Below, piece by piece: positions 19,954-31,339 of a DNA stretch of 64,000 bases. This DNA comes from Deltaproteobacteria bacterium. Its GTDB lineage: Bacteria; Desulfobacterota; Binatia; Binatales; Binataceae. Location of the stretch: the NCBI GenBank assembly GCA_021780755.1, contig JAJXYF010000039.1, positions 11,529 through 75,528 of the forward strand. The letters are read 5' to 3'. Position numbers and translations under genes: made by a program. The notes under the pieces are model-generated. The model worked only from the letters and a program-made list of their open reading frames with translations, did not search any database and was not told the DNA's origin. Position 1 is the first letter of the stretch. Each line of letters begins with the position of its first letter.

Positions 19954-20159
19954 GCCTCAGATCAACCATCGCCACCCCGCACGTCAAGGACGTCGATGGC
20001 CGTTGGTCAATACTTAAACGGCTATCGATCCCGCTGGGGTTTCGACACGTTTCGGCCTGATTTTTGCGTAAATAGCCTCCAGACAATCTAGATAATAGTC
20101 AAAGTCATCGGTGAGCAGCTTTGTCCTATCATAGATGTCAAAAGACGGAGGTTGGTGTG

Positions 20160-21461
20160 ATGATTCAGCGCACCGGTGTTGCAGTCGTGCGACAGAAGTT
20201 GAGATCGATGCAACGTGGCCAAGCGTTCCTCGTGGTGACCGCGGGATTGGTGGCCCTGCTCGGAATCGGGGCGTTGGCGATCGACGTCGGCGTCCTTTGG
20301 TCGACCAGGCGCCAGATGCAAAGCGCCGCGGATGCCGGCGCGATGGCGGGTGCGGATGCGATCGCGATCTCGGCCAGCACCGCCAATGTGACTAGTTCAG
20401 CTAAGGTCGCCACCGCGCAGAATGGTTTCACCGACGGTTCAAGTACGACACGCAGTTCATCCACGGTGTCGGTTGCTGTTTACAACCCGCCTCAGTCTGG
20501 ACCTTTTGCGACCAATTCGAACGCGGTCGAAGTAACTGTCAAACAGACTCAACCAACCTATTTCATGCGGGTATTGGGGTGGACCGGCGTTCCGGTCACC
20601 ACCGACGCTGTAGCCATCACGGTTTCGGGAGGCTCCTGCGTTTACGCTCTCGATCCGAGTAACCCCGGGGCGGTAACGGTCGCTGGCACTGGCAACCTCA
20701 ATTCCCAATGCGGCATCTACGACAATTCCGACAATTCTTCGGCGGCGCTCACGGTGAGCGGGGGCGGAACCATTCAGGCGCCACTGGTCGGGGTGGTGGG
20801 CGGGACTAACGTGAACGGCGGGGGCAGCACACCGCCGAGCACGGGGATCGCCGCGTTTGGCGATCCGCTGGCCTGGGTTCCCGAGCCGACCGTGCCAACC
20901 TGCAGCAGCTACAGTACGCTAAATATTAGTACTTCCCAGACGCTCTATCCCGGTGAGTACTGTGGAGGCCTTAAACTGAATGCGGGGGCCAGCGTCGTTT
21001 TCAGCCCGGGCACTTACATCATGAACGGCGGCGGATTGACAGTTGTGGGCGGCGCCACCGCCAGCGGCTCCAGCGTGACGTTTTTCCTGACCGGAGCGAA
21101 TAAAGCCAGCTCCAATCCGAGCAGCTATGGCGGAGTGAATATCGCCAGCGGGGCCAACGTGACCTTCAACGCTCCGTGTTCGTCAGGTTCAGGCGGGATC
21201 GAGGGCATGTTGTTCTTCCAAGACCGATCGATCCCCATCGGCGATGGCGTCGGAAGCACGATCAATGGCAGCTCGACCTCGACCTTCAACGGCGCGCTTT
21301 ATTTTCCGAGCACACTACTAAGTTACAGTGGGTCCTCAGGATCGGGATTTACACTGCTCGTCTCTTATGACCTTACGATCAACGGAACCACAAGTATCGG
21401 CAGTAACTACAGTTGTCTTTCCAACGGATCGCTTATCAAAAACGCGGCCCTGGTCCAGTAA
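20160..21461 (+). CDS. TadG-like pilus-associated protein (paralog 2, different C-terminal type)
   Basis: RGQAFLVV...IDVG...RRQMQSAADAGAMAGA; C-terminal CVYAL, PGEYCGG, PGTYI, GMLFFQDR, GALYFP. Confidence 0.87.
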   Translation: MIQRTGVAVVRQKLRSMQRGQAFLVVTAGLVALLGIGALAIDVGVLWSTRRQMQSAADAGAMAGADAIAISASTANVTSSAKVATAQNGFTDGSSTTRSSSTVSVAVYNPPQSGPFATNSNAVEVTVKQTQPTYFMRVLGWTGVPVTTDAVAITVSGGSCVYALDPSNPGAVTVAGTGNLNSQCGIYDNSDNSSAALTVSGGGTIQAPLVGVVGGTNVNGGGSTPPSTGIAAFGDPLAWVPEPTVPTCSSYSTLNISTSQTLYPGEYCGGLKLNAGASVVFSPGTYIMNGGGLTVVGGATASGSSVTFFLTGANKASSNPSSYGGVNIASGANVTFNAPCSSGSGGIEGMLFFQDRSIPIGDGVGSTINGSSTSTFNGALYFPSTLLSYSGSSGSGFTLLVSYDLTINGTTSIGSNYSCLSNGSLIKNAALVQ

Positions 21462-21473
21462 AGGAGGGAAATC

Positions 21474-21902
21474 ATGGCTTTGCGCAGAAAGATGGAGAAG
21501 GGGCAGAGCATGCTCGAACTGGCCCTGATGTTGCCGGCGCTCGCGCTGCTACTTGTCCTGGTGGCCGATTTCGCCCGGGTGTTCTATGCGTCCATAAGCC
21601 TCGCCAGTGCCGCTCGCTCGGGCGTTCAATACGGGGCACAGAACTACACGACCGCGATTAACTTCAGTTCGATACAACAAGCGGCGCTGAATGACGGACA
21701 AAACATCAGTGGCATTTCCGCGCAGGCGACCGACTTCTGCCTGTGTGATGGCAATAAGGTTGCTTGTAGTCCGCCGCAATGCGCGGAACCCGAACTCTTT
21801 GTGCAGGTTCAGACTACGGCAACCTTTCATACGCTGCTGTCGTATCCGGGGGTTCCCTCCCAGTTTCCGCTCACTTCGACGGCGGTAATGGAGGTTCAGT
21901 AG
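21474..21902 (+). CDS. TadE-like minor pilin
   Basis: KGQSMLELALMLP (prepilin G/xxxxE), SAARSGVQYG; AAGGAGG RBS. Confidence 0.88.
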   Translation: MALRRKMEKGQSMLELALMLPALALLLVLVADFARVFYASISLASAARSGVQYGAQNYTTAINFSSIQQAALNDGQNISGISAQATDFCLCDGNKVACSPPQCAEPELFVQVQTTATFHTLLSYPGVPSQFPLTSTAVMEVQ

Positions 21903-22340
21903 ATGATGCTCCCAATTTCCGTACAGCGCCGGCAACCGATGCCGGTTCCTCGCCGATGGGGGCGCGGACAGACGGCCGCCGAGTTCGCATTCATGGGGCT
22001 GCCGTTGCTGTTTCTTGTTTTTGCCACTATCGGGATGGGCATGGCGATCTATGGTTACAGCTTCGTTTGTACGGCAGCGCGCGACGCCACCCGATATGCA
22101 ATTGTTCACGGTGCTTCCAGTACGTCGCCGGCAACCCAAGCCGATCTGACGACGTTGGTACAGAATGAAGCACAAGGCATTCAGGCCAGTCAGCTTAGCG
22201 TATCGGCCTCCTGGACCCCCGATAACAAACCGGGAAGCGTAGTGGCGGTTACTGTGACCTACAATTTCCATCCGTTGAGTTCTTTCGGGGGGATGACATT
22301 GCCGCTCTCAAGCTCGGCAGAGATGGTGATTAGCAGGTAG
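21903..22340 (+). CDS. TadE-like minor pilin
   Basis: RGQTAAEFAF..LP, AARDATRYAIVHG, VAVTVTYNF. Confidence 0.88.
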   Translation: MMLPISVQRRQPMPVPRRWGRGQTAAEFAFMGLPLLFLVFATIGMGMAIYGYSFVCTAARDATRYAIVHGASSTSPATQADLTTLVQNEAQGIQASQLSVSASWTPDNKPGSVVAVTVTYNFHPLSSFGGMTLPLSSSAEMVISR

Positions 22341-22566
22341 GAATCGAGATCGATCAGCTCGATTCCGCGGCGGGATCTTATTACGCGATGTTGACTAACG
22401 GAGCGGACACAACCGGCCGTTGGCCATGCGGAACTCCGATTGGGTGCGGGGTCGGGGGTCGAATCGAATTGTGGAGAGGATTAGCCGTCCGGCGGGCGAT
22501 TGAGTGCAAGGGAAAGGGTCGCGGCCCTTCCGGACCACGACCACTACCATGAAAAGATCTGGCGGT

Positions 22567-23658
22567 TTACTGAATAAGAACCGGTCTTCCGAGAGAGCCT
22601 AGCGCAGGCGCCCCGGTTCCCCCGGCCGTCTGCGAGCCAACCTCCGAAACGAAACAGCCAGTTATTGTCGCGTTCGAAGCCTGTCCGCTAGCGCTGAGGC
22701 CCGTCAGATAGACCTCCGCGAATCCTGTCACTGTAACGCTACAAGTTCCATTTGTGCAGGTTGACATATCAGCGACTGGCACTGTGACCAGGAGCGGATC
22801 GCCTGGTGGTATATTGTCAGGATTATTTCCGGCGCAGACGCTGCTCGGTGTCACGCTGCTCAAGGCATTATGCTCCGCCAACAAATCAGTCCAAGCTTGG
22901 TTCACCGGTCCATCCTTACCGCCAGTTACTGTGCTCAGCGAAGACCCGACACTTACTGACCCGCTGTATCCGCCTTCGATTGCAGTTTTGAGCTGATTCC
23001 CTCCTTGACCTTGTCCAACATTGAGCCAGCCCCAGTTTCCTCCCGCACAACTGTTCCCGCCAGGTGGTGTGCTAGATGGGCACTGCGGCGTCGGGGAAAA
23101 CTTCACCCCGAAACTCGCCGGCTGTCCGAAATTCAAAGTGCTAAGACTGCACGTCGCAGTGGGGCAGTTGAACACTGCCGGGAAGATCCCGTTCGCCGAT
23201 TGTGTCGGCAAGACCGCGGCGGTCGCCAAGACCGTCACCTGACCAGTATTGAGGCCAATTACCTTCCCGAAGAAATACGGAAGTGTGCGGTTGACCGACA
23301 TTGAAACCTGCGTGTTCGCCGGATTTACGGTCGTGAAAAGAATCTTGTCTGTGTAATTAGCTATGGAACTCGGTGATGGACAGACCGTTTTTGCGGTGTT
23401 GCTTGGATCGTTAACGCCGTTCAGGCAGGCGTATCCATTCGCGTATGTCACCGCATTTGCCGCTGCTGTCGCATCGGGCTGCCCAGTCAATTTACCGGCG
23501 CCGGCCAGCGCTCCAGCATCAGCAGCCTTCTGCATCTGAAGATAATTGTAATAGAGCACCCCGACGTCCGTCCCCAACGCCATCACGCCCAGCAACGTCG
23601 CGATCGCCAACGTCATTACGACGGCCATCTGGCCCTTGCGAAACTTTCCGAGCTTCAT
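22567..23658 (-). CDS. TadG-like pilus-associated protein (paralog 3)
   Basis: MKLGKFRKGQMAVVMTLAIATLLG...QKAADAGALAGA; GNWGWL; AGGAG RBS. Confidence 0.87.
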   Translation of the reverse strand: MKLGKFRKGQMAVVMTLAIATLLGVMALGTDVGVLYYNYLQMQKAADAGALAGAGKLTGQPDATAAANAVTYANGYACLNGVNDPSNTAKTVCPSPSSIANYTDKILFTTVNPANTQVSMSVNRTLPYFFGKVIGLNTGQVTVLATAAVLPTQSANGIFPAVFNCPTATCSLSTLNFGQPASFGVKFSPTPQCPSSTPPGGNSCAGGNWGWLNVGQGQGGNQLKTAIEGGYSGSVSVGSSLSTVTGGKDGPVNQAWTDLLAEHNALSSVTPSSVCAGNNPDNIPPGDPLLVTVPVADMSTCTNGTCSVTVTGFAEVYLTGLSASGQASNATITGCFVSEVGSQTAGGTGAPALGSLGRPVLIQ

Positions 23659-23777
23659 TGCCCCTTCTCCTGAGCGTCCGAACGCCCGAGCTTCGTAACT
23701 GTTAGAACCGTTCATTTCTTTATGCGAGACTTGTTTCATGCGTGATACGGATTGTGCGCTCAAGCCACCGAGTGTCA

Positions 23778-23807
23778 CATAATCGAACTTTGTCAAAGGC
23801 CTGTCAA
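23778..23807 (-). promoter_or_regulatory. Putative sigma70-type promoter of TadG paralog 3
   Basis: Minus strand TTGACA-N17-GATTAT; aligns without gaps to 25354-25383. Confidence 0.5.
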
Positions 23808-24025
23808 GAGACTCAAAGACCCCAGATGCATCTCTCGGCTGCAATTAAGCATATGTTAGGCGCATATCGGAATCGTAGGCTAAAATTGACCGAAATCGCT
23901 TGTCCATCGGTTACACTTCGCGACACTCATGTCCGGGCTTTTGGGGATTCTCCGCCACGGATCAGGATGACGGCGGCGAAAGGCCAGGCCCCTCGCGAGC
24001 ATGGGAAAGGCAGTCCGCATAAGCA

Positions 24026-24058
24026 ACGGGCCGCGCTCCAATCTGGAACGCGGCCCGT
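24026..24058. terminator. Hairpin downstream of TadG paralog 4
   Basis: ACGGGCCGCGCTCCA-ATC-TGGAACGCGGCCCGT. Confidence 0.5.
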
Positions 24059-24196
24059 CTCGCGATCGCAGTCGCGCCAACCCTTATCGCATCACGCCGG
24101 CGCCTTTACACGCGCCTCCCTCACCCCCTCAGCCAGCCCCTCTACACCAGCCCCCCAAAGCCGCTCCCCTCCCCTCGTCGCGGACACCGACCCCGG

Positions 24197-25231
24197 TTAC
24201 TTTACGATGTAGGGCGGGATGTACGCGCCGTAACTGGTGGTTCCGCCGCCGGCCGTGGCGTTCTTGGTGAGGAACTGCACGAACTGCACGGTCAGTACCT
24301 GATTGCTGCCTTGCTTCGAGATACTGTCGATCCACACCTCGGCGAAGCCCAACACCGTCACCTGGCTTGCGCCGTTGACGTTGCCCCAATTCACGATCGG
24401 CACCGTCACCAGTTGCGATTCACTGCCGGTCAAGGTTGACGGCAGGCTCCCGGCCGTGATCAAGCTATTGACGGCGCTTTGCACCGGACCCCAATCCTCG
24501 CCGGTCTTGGTCGCTATCACGTCGCCGATCTTGATACTGCAAGTGCATCCGTTGGTGATATTGGTGTTCAGCAGTGAAGCGCCGCCCGCGTTGGTGGGGC
24601 TTTGCGCATCGGTCCAGCCGTTGGGAAGGTTAAGCCAGCCCCAATTTCCGGGGCCATAGCTGTCGGTCATCGAGAAGGTGGTGCCGTAGGTGAGCGCGTT
24701 CATGTTGGGCGTCGCGGGTATCCCGGCCGGGAACAGTCCATTATTGATCGCCGAGACCGGCGTCGGCGCCACCGCGATCGAAGTCGCGACCGCGCTGTAG
24801 GGATTGCCGCGGCCGAGCACGCGCATGAAAAAGACCGGGATATTGGTGCGCTTCAACGTGACCTGGATGGTCTGCGCGCCCGCCGGCACTCCCACCGGCA
24901 CGACTTGCGCTGGCACGTAGATTCCGCCCTGCGTCAGGTCGGTCAGCTGCGCGAAATTGGTCAAGGCATAGGTGCAGGCAACGTTCTGCTGCTGCGTCGG
25001 ATAGGCGCACGCCCCGTTAAGCGTCGGCGTCGGCAGCGTCTGCGTACTATTCTGCGCCAGAAAGTAGGTTGCGCCGGCCAGCGACGCGGCGTCCGCCGCC
25101 TTCTGCAACTGCATCCAGTTGTAATAGAGCACCCCGACGTCGGTGCTGAGCGATATCACGCCCAGGATCGTCGCGATCGCCAGCGTCATCACCACGGCCA
25201 TCTGGCCTTTGCGGAATTTGGGCAATCTCAT
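24197..25231 (-). CDS. TadG-like pilus-associated protein (paralog 4)
   Basis: MRLPKFRKGQMAVVMTLAIATILG...QKAADAASLAGA; GNWGWL, GFAEVWI; AGGAG RBS. Confidence 0.87.
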   Translation of the reverse strand: MRLPKFRKGQMAVVMTLAIATILGVISLSTDVGVLYYNWMQLQKAADAASLAGATYFLAQNSTQTLPTPTLNGACAYPTQQQNVACTYALTNFAQLTDLTQGGIYVPAQVVPVGVPAGAQTIQVTLKRTNIPVFFMRVLGRGNPYSAVATSIAVAPTPVSAINNGLFPAGIPATPNMNALTYGTTFSMTDSYGPGNWGWLNLPNGWTDAQSPTNAGGASLLNTNITNGCTCSIKIGDVIATKTGEDWGPVQSAVNSLITAGSLPSTLTGSESQLVTVPIVNWGNVNGASQVTVLGFAEVWIDSISKQGSNQVLTVQFVQFLTKNATAGGGTTSYGAYIPPYIVK

Positions 25232-25353
25232 CGATCGTTCTCCTGAGAGTCCGACCGCCCGCGCGTGTTCGCGATAATGTCCGTTGATAGCTTTCCTGTC
25301 CGGGGATGGTTTCAACGCTGCTACGGGAAGTTCGGTACAGATACGGACTGTTT

Positions 25354-25383
25354 CATCATTGAACCTTTCTTAGGCGCTGTCAA
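25354..25383 (-). promoter_or_regulatory. Putative sigma70-type promoter of TadG paralog 4
   Basis: Minus strand TTGACA-N17-AATGAT; homologous to 23778-23807; AT-rich tract upstream. Confidence 0.5.
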
Positions 25384-25635
25384 CTGAGTAATTTCATTTA
25401 ATTATACTATTTAGTAGTAATTAGAGTTAATTACGAAAAATAAGAGTCAATTAGACCAATCTCCACCGCGTGTAACGTACCGTGGAGCGGAGTAGATTAT
25501 CGACAGTGAAAGACAGCGTCAGACGGTAAGAAGGTCAATCCAATGTGAGGTTTTCTGAGAACGAAGCCGGCGCGTCCCCGGCGGCAATCGAGCGACGCGA
25601 ACCTAGCCCACGGTCGGCATGGAATGCCGTAATGC

Positions 25636-26391
25636 TCAACGCACCGCCGAGAGCGCTTCAGCCAGCGAGAAGCGTCCCTCATACAGCGCCCGGCCCGTGA
25701 TCGCACCGACGACGCCATCGGCAAAGAGCGGCTTGAGCGTGCGCAGGTCATCGAGCGATGCGACTCCGCCGGAAGCGATCACCGGCACGCGCGCGAGTCG
25801 TGCAGCCTCGGCGAACATCGCGACGTTGGTGCCCGACTCGGTGCCGTCGCGTGCGATGTCAGTCACGATCACGGCCGTCACGCCCGCCTCGCGAAAACGG
25901 ACGACCACCTCGGCGACGGTGAGTTCGCTGGTTTCGACCCAGCCCTTGATCGCGAGTTTGCCGCCCCGCACATCGAGCGACCCGAAGATGCTCCCGGGGT
26001 AGCGCGCGCAGGCGTCGGCGATAAGTTTGGGATTAAGAAAGGCGGCCGAGCCGATCGAAACCACGTCGGCGCCGGCGTCGATCACCGCGCGGACGGAATC
26101 GAGCGTGCGCAGGCCGCCGCTCACGTCGATGCGGCAGGCGACGGCCGCGCGAATAGCGCGCACCGACGCGAGATTGCGCGGCGCACCCGCGATCGCGCCG
26201 TCGAGGTCAACGATATGGATTAGTTCGGCGCCGGCGGCCTCGAAGGCGCTCGCGGTGGCGGCCGGATCGGAGCCATAGACAGTCGCGCGATTCATCTCGC
26301 CGCGCAGCAGCCGGACGACCTCGCCGCCTTTCAGATCGATCGACGGTATAACGGTGAAGTGTCCGAACGGATTGGCGCCCGCCACCGTCAC
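25636..26391 (-). CDS. hisA: ProFAR isomerase
   Basis: VIPSIDLKGGEVVRL, HIVDLDGA, GGLR, TDIARDGT, IASGGV, GRALYEG; GTGA overlap with the hisB stop. Confidence 0.95.
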   Translation of the reverse strand: MTVAGANPFGHFTVIPSIDLKGGEVVRLLRGEMNRATVYGSDPAATASAFEAAGAELIHIVDLDGAIAGAPRNLASVRAIRAAVACRIDVSGGLRTLDSVRAVIDAGADVVSIGSAAFLNPKLIADACARYPGSIFGSLDVRGGKLAIKGWVETSELTVAEVVVRFREAGVTAVIVTDIARDGTESGTNVAMFAEAARLARVPVIASGGVASLDDLRTLKPLFADGVVGAITGRALYEGRFSLAEALSAVR

Positions 26392-27071
26392 GAAAGCGTG
26401 CCCTTGGTCGAGAGCACCCCGCTCAGGCGCGGTTCGATCGCGGTCGCCTGGTCCATCGCACGCGCCAGCGCCTTGAAGGTCGCCTCGACAATATGGTGCG
26501 GATTGCGGCCGGCGTGCAGATTCAGATGTAGATTCATGCCGGTCTCGTCGGTGAGCGCCTTCATGAAATCGTGGAGCAGAATCGTCTGGAAATTGCCGAC
26601 GCGCTCTTCCTTGATCTCGATATTGTAGGCGAGGTAGGCGCGCCCGCTGATATCGACCACGGCGGTGCACAGCGCTTCGTCGAGCGGCACGGTAGCGCTG
26701 CCAAAGCGGCGGATACCCGATCGATCGCCGAGCGCCTGGCGAAAGGCGCGCCCGAGCACGATCCCGACGTCCTCGACCGTGTGATGGTCATCGATATGCA
26801 GGTCGCCGGTGGCCGCCACGCGCAAGTCGAAAAAGCCGTGGCGCGCGAAGCTCTCGAGCATGTGATCGAGGAACGGCACTCCCGTACTGATTTCGCCGCG
26901 GCCCGTTCCGTCGAGCCGCAATCCAACCGCGACCGAGGTCTCGCGGGTCTTGCGATTAACGTCGGCGCTGCGCACGGGCAGCGAGAGCGTCGCGCCGTTC
27001 ACCGCGGGAGTATCGTCGTGGGTGCGAGCGGGCGCCGCGGTCGCCGTGCGTGATTTATTCTTCGCTTCCAT
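26388..27071 (-). CDS. hisB: Imidazoleglycerol-phosphate dehydratase
   Basis: RKTRET, TGVPFLDHML, DDHHTVEDVG, PLDEAL, NPHHIVEATFKA. Confidence 0.97.
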   Translation of the reverse strand: MEAKNKSRTATAAPARTHDDTPAVNGATLSLPVRSADVNRKTRETSVAVGLRLDGTGRGEISTGVPFLDHMLESFARHGFFDLRVAATGDLHIDDHHTVEDVGIVLGRAFRQALGDRSGIRRFGSATVPLDEALCTAVVDISGRAYLAYNIEIKEERVGNFQTILLHDFMKALTDETGMNLHLNLHAGRNPHHIVEATFKALARAMDQATAIEPRLSGVLSTKGTLS

Positions 27072-27089
27072 CGGGGTCTTGATCGAGCT

Positions 27090-28508
27090 TCATACGTTCG
27101 GTTTTCCGGTTGTCTCAATGTCCATCGGCTTCCGCGTACTCGCCGCCGGATCTTTCACCTTGCGACCGCGCGGCTTGACGCGGTGTCGCGTGCCAACTCC
27201 GTTCGAGGCCGCCGGCGCCAGCCGCAACTCCATCGCACGCGCGTGCCCCTCGAACCCCTCCATCCGGGCCAGTCGCGCGACCGTGGGTCCGAGTGCCTTC
27301 AGCGCATCCGCCGACGCCTCGATTATACTGGTTCGCTTGAGGAAGTCGTAGGAACCCAGCGGCGAGGCGAAGCGGGCCGAGCCGCCGGTCGGCAACACGT
27401 GATTCGGGCCGGCCAGGTAATCGCCGAGCGGCGCGGGGCTCCGTGCGCCGACAAAGACCGCACCCGCCGCCGTCACATGCTTGAGCCAGCGTGCGGGCTG
27501 GGCAATATCGAGTTCCAGATGTTCGGGCGCGATCCGATTGGCCAGCGCGACCGCCTCTTCGAGATTCTTCACCACCACCGCCGCGCCACGCTTGGCGAGC
27601 ACCGCTGCCACGGTCGAGGCGCGCGGCAGGTCGGCCAGTGCGCGATCGATCGCCGCGATCACCGCCAGCGCGAGCGGACGCGACGGCGTGACCAGCACCG
27701 CCGACTCGTCGCCCGAGCCGTGCTCGGCCTGCGCGATGAGATCCGCCGCGACCCAGGCGGGATGCGCATGCGCGTCGGCGACCACCAGCACTTCGCTGGG
27801 TCCCGCCATTTTGTCGATATCGATAACGCCATAGACCATCCGCTTGGCCGCCTGCACCCACGCGTTACCGGGACCGACGACCTTGTCCACCGCGGGGACA
27901 CTCGCGGTGCCATACGCGAGCGCGGCGATCGCCTGCGCGCCGCCGATTCGATAGACCTCGTCAACCCCCGCGATCGCCGCGGCCGCGAGTGCGACCGAAC
28001 GGTCGCCGTCCTTTGAGGCGGGCGAGACCATCACGATTTCGCGGACCCCGGCGACCCGCGCGGGAATCGCGTTCATCAGCACCGACGATGGGTACGCACC
28101 CATGCCGCCGGGCACGTAAATCCCGACGCGATCGAGCGGCCGCACCATCTGGCCGAGGCGCATGCCGAAGCCGTCGCGATAGCTGAACGACCGCTCGAGC
28201 GTATGCCGATGGAACTCCGCGATGCGCCGGGCAGCGAGTTCCAGCGCGCGCCGATCCGCGCTGGGCAAGGCGTCGCGCGCCGCCGCAAGTTCCTCGCTGG
28301 AAACCCGCAGACGCGCGCGTGTCAACTTTACGCCGTCGAACTTGCGCGTCAGCTCGATCAGCGCACGATCGCCGCGCCGCCGTACCGCATCGATAATCGC
28401 GGCGACGTCGCGATCGACGCCGCCACCAGTGTCGCCGCGCCGGCGCGTGAGCGCGTCGAGGAAGCGGGCGCATTCAGCGGAGGCTGAGTCGAGCAGGCGC
28501 AGTGTCAT
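27090..28508 (-). CDS. hisD: Histidinol dehydrogenase
   Basis: [53 protein letters not shown]. Confidence 0.97.
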   Translation of the reverse strand: MTLRLLDSASAECARFLDALTRRRGDTGGGVDRDVAAIIDAVRRRGDRALIELTRKFDGVKLTRARLRVSSEELAAARDALPSADRRALELAARRIAEFHRHTLERSFSYRDGFGMRLGQMVRPLDRVGIYVPGGMGAYPSSVLMNAIPARVAGVREIVMVSPASKDGDRSVALAAAAIAGVDEVYRIGGAQAIAALAYGTASVPAVDKVVGPGNAWVQAAKRMVYGVIDIDKMAGPSEVLVVADAHAHPAWVAADLIAQAEHGSGDESAVLVTPSRPLALAVIAAIDRALADLPRASTVAAVLAKRGAAVVVKNLEEAVALANRIAPEHLELDIAQPARWLKHVTAAGAVFVGARSPAPLGDYLAGPNHVLPTGGSARFASPLGSYDFLKRTSIIEASADALKALGPTVARLARMEGFEGHARAMELRLAPAASNGVGTRHRVKPRGRKVKDPAASTRKPMDIETTGKPNV

Positions 28509-28579
28509 GGCCGTGAGCCGCGATGGCGATCAAGGTGTTGAGCCAAAATACCCATCAAAAAAGCGTCAATCACTGAAAA

Positions 28580-29836
<1,257 letters not shown>

Positions 29837-30079
29837 TGGGAACAGTGCACCCGCCGCGCCCGCAGAGGCGGCGGCCCCGCGCTGAACCGACATTGTGCCA
29901 AAGCGCGGCGGCGAAGGCACGCGGCCCCCACGCAATAAATTGACGCAGGCCTAACCTCGCGTTCATTTGCGGTCGGCATGCGGGGGTCGCATTGCGCGAC
30001 CGAAACCAACTAGAGTTGAGATCGACACCTAGGGCACAACCGCAACGATCGCAAGCGGGGGCTTAACCGGGAGGACACG

Positions 30080-30340
30080 ATGGGCATTCTCTCATGGATC
30101 GTCATCGGGCTGATCGCTGGTTTCATCGGTAGCAAGATCGTCAACAAAAGCGGTGAAGGGCTGATTCGCGACATCATCCTGGGCATCGTCGGCGCATTCG
30201 TCGGCGGCTGGATCTTCAGCATGATGGGTGCGACCGGCGTTTCCGGAGTTAACCTTTACAGTATCTTCGTCGCGGTGGTCGGCGCGATAATCGTACTGGT
30301 CGCTTATCACGCGATCTTCGGGCAACGGGCCACCGCCTGA
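30080..30340 (+). CDS. GlsB/YeaQ/YmgE (transglycosylase-associated) membrane protein
   Basis: MGILSWIVIGLIAG...IILGIVGAFVGGW...AVVGAIIVL; GGAGG RBS. Confidence 0.9.
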   Translation: MGILSWIVIGLIAGFIGSKIVNKSGEGLIRDIILGIVGAFVGGWIFSMMGATGVSGVNLYSIFVAVVGAIIVLVAYHAIFGQRATA

Positions 30341-30427
30341 TTTCAATTAACCGCGCGCCGACCGTGCTCGCTAATCGCTCGATGATGGGCGGCCTGCGCG
30401 CGTGGCAGGCGCAAGCGGCTCGCAAAG

Positions 30428-31315
30428 TCAGGAGCGGCGCGCGACGACAACGCGAGGGATTCCGGCCAGGTCGTTGACCACGGTGATGATTTCGCCCAGG
30501 CCAGCGGCGCGGAAGATTGTCGCGACCTCGGTGGCCTGTCCCTCCCCGACCTCGACCATCAGCGACCCGCCGGGCGTGAGATGGATGGTCGCATCGAGTG
30601 CGATGCGCCGGTAGAGATCGAGGCCGTCGGGGCCGCCGGCGAGCGCCGCGCGCGGTTCGTAATCGCGAATTTCCGGCGCCAGCGATGCGATCTCGGCGTC
30701 GCGGACGTACGGCGGATTGCTGACGATCAGGTCGAAGCGTCCGATCGCCTCGCCGCTATCGATCACAGTCCAGCAATCGGCACGGCGAAACTCGACCCGC
30801 GCGGCAACGCCGACCCGTATCGCGTTCCGTGCCGCAACCGCAATCGCGGCCGCTGAGACGTCGGTGGCGACAATTTGCGTATTGCGCTCGACGGCCGCGA
30901 TCGCGAGCGCGATCGCTCCAGAGCCGGTGCCAAGGTCGATCACGCGTAACGCCTTACGCTCCTTTATAAATGTGAGCGCGGTGGTGACGAGCGTTTCGGT
31001 TTCCGGTCGCGGAATCAAGACTTCAGGCGTTACTTCAAGATCGATCGAATAGAATTCCCGCCGCCCAACGATATACGCCAGCGGCATCCGCGCCACCCGC
31101 TTATCGATTAGCCTCGCGTACCGTTCCCGCAAGCCGTCGTCGATCGCGATCGTAGTGGCGATCAGGCGCTCGCGCGTTACTCCCGCCGCAAACGCCATCA
31201 GCAGTTCAGCGTCGAGGCGCGAATCTTCCACCCCGGCCGCGTTCAGCCGCATGGCAGCATCTTCAATAAGAGCTTTAAGTTGAACCGCTGTGCTGCGATC
31301 CGATGCGGCGGTCAT
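30428..31315 (-). CDS. prmC: Release factor glutamine methyltransferase
   Basis: PLAYIVG, VLIPRPETE, DLGTGSG, SNPPY, GGPDGL. Confidence 0.96.
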   Translation of the reverse strand: MTAASDRSTAVQLKALIEDAAMRLNAAGVEDSRLDAELLMAFAAGVTRERLIATTIAIDDGLRERYARLIDKRVARMPLAYIVGRREFYSIDLEVTPEVLIPRPETETLVTTALTFIKERKALRVIDLGTGSGAIALAIAAVERNTQIVATDVSAAAIAVAARNAIRVGVAARVEFRRADCWTVIDSGEAIGRFDLIVSNPPYVRDAEIASLAPEIRDYEPRAALAGGPDGLDLYRRIALDATIHLTPGGSLMVEVGEGQATEVATIFRAAGLGEIITVVNDLAGIPRVVVARRS

Positions 31316-31339
31316 TTGTGGCGCAAAATCGGTCGCGCG

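Noticed and set aside
22425-22470. tRNA-like fragment GGGGTCGGGGGTCGAATC (possible att site or tRNA-Pro remnant)
   Set aside because: Lacks the TTCGA T-loop, a T-stem complement, an acceptor stem and a D-arm.
17626-25635. Tad island as an integrative element or shufflon
   Set aside because: No integrase, invertase, transposase, flanking direct repeats, tRNA target or repeated inversion sites found by eye.
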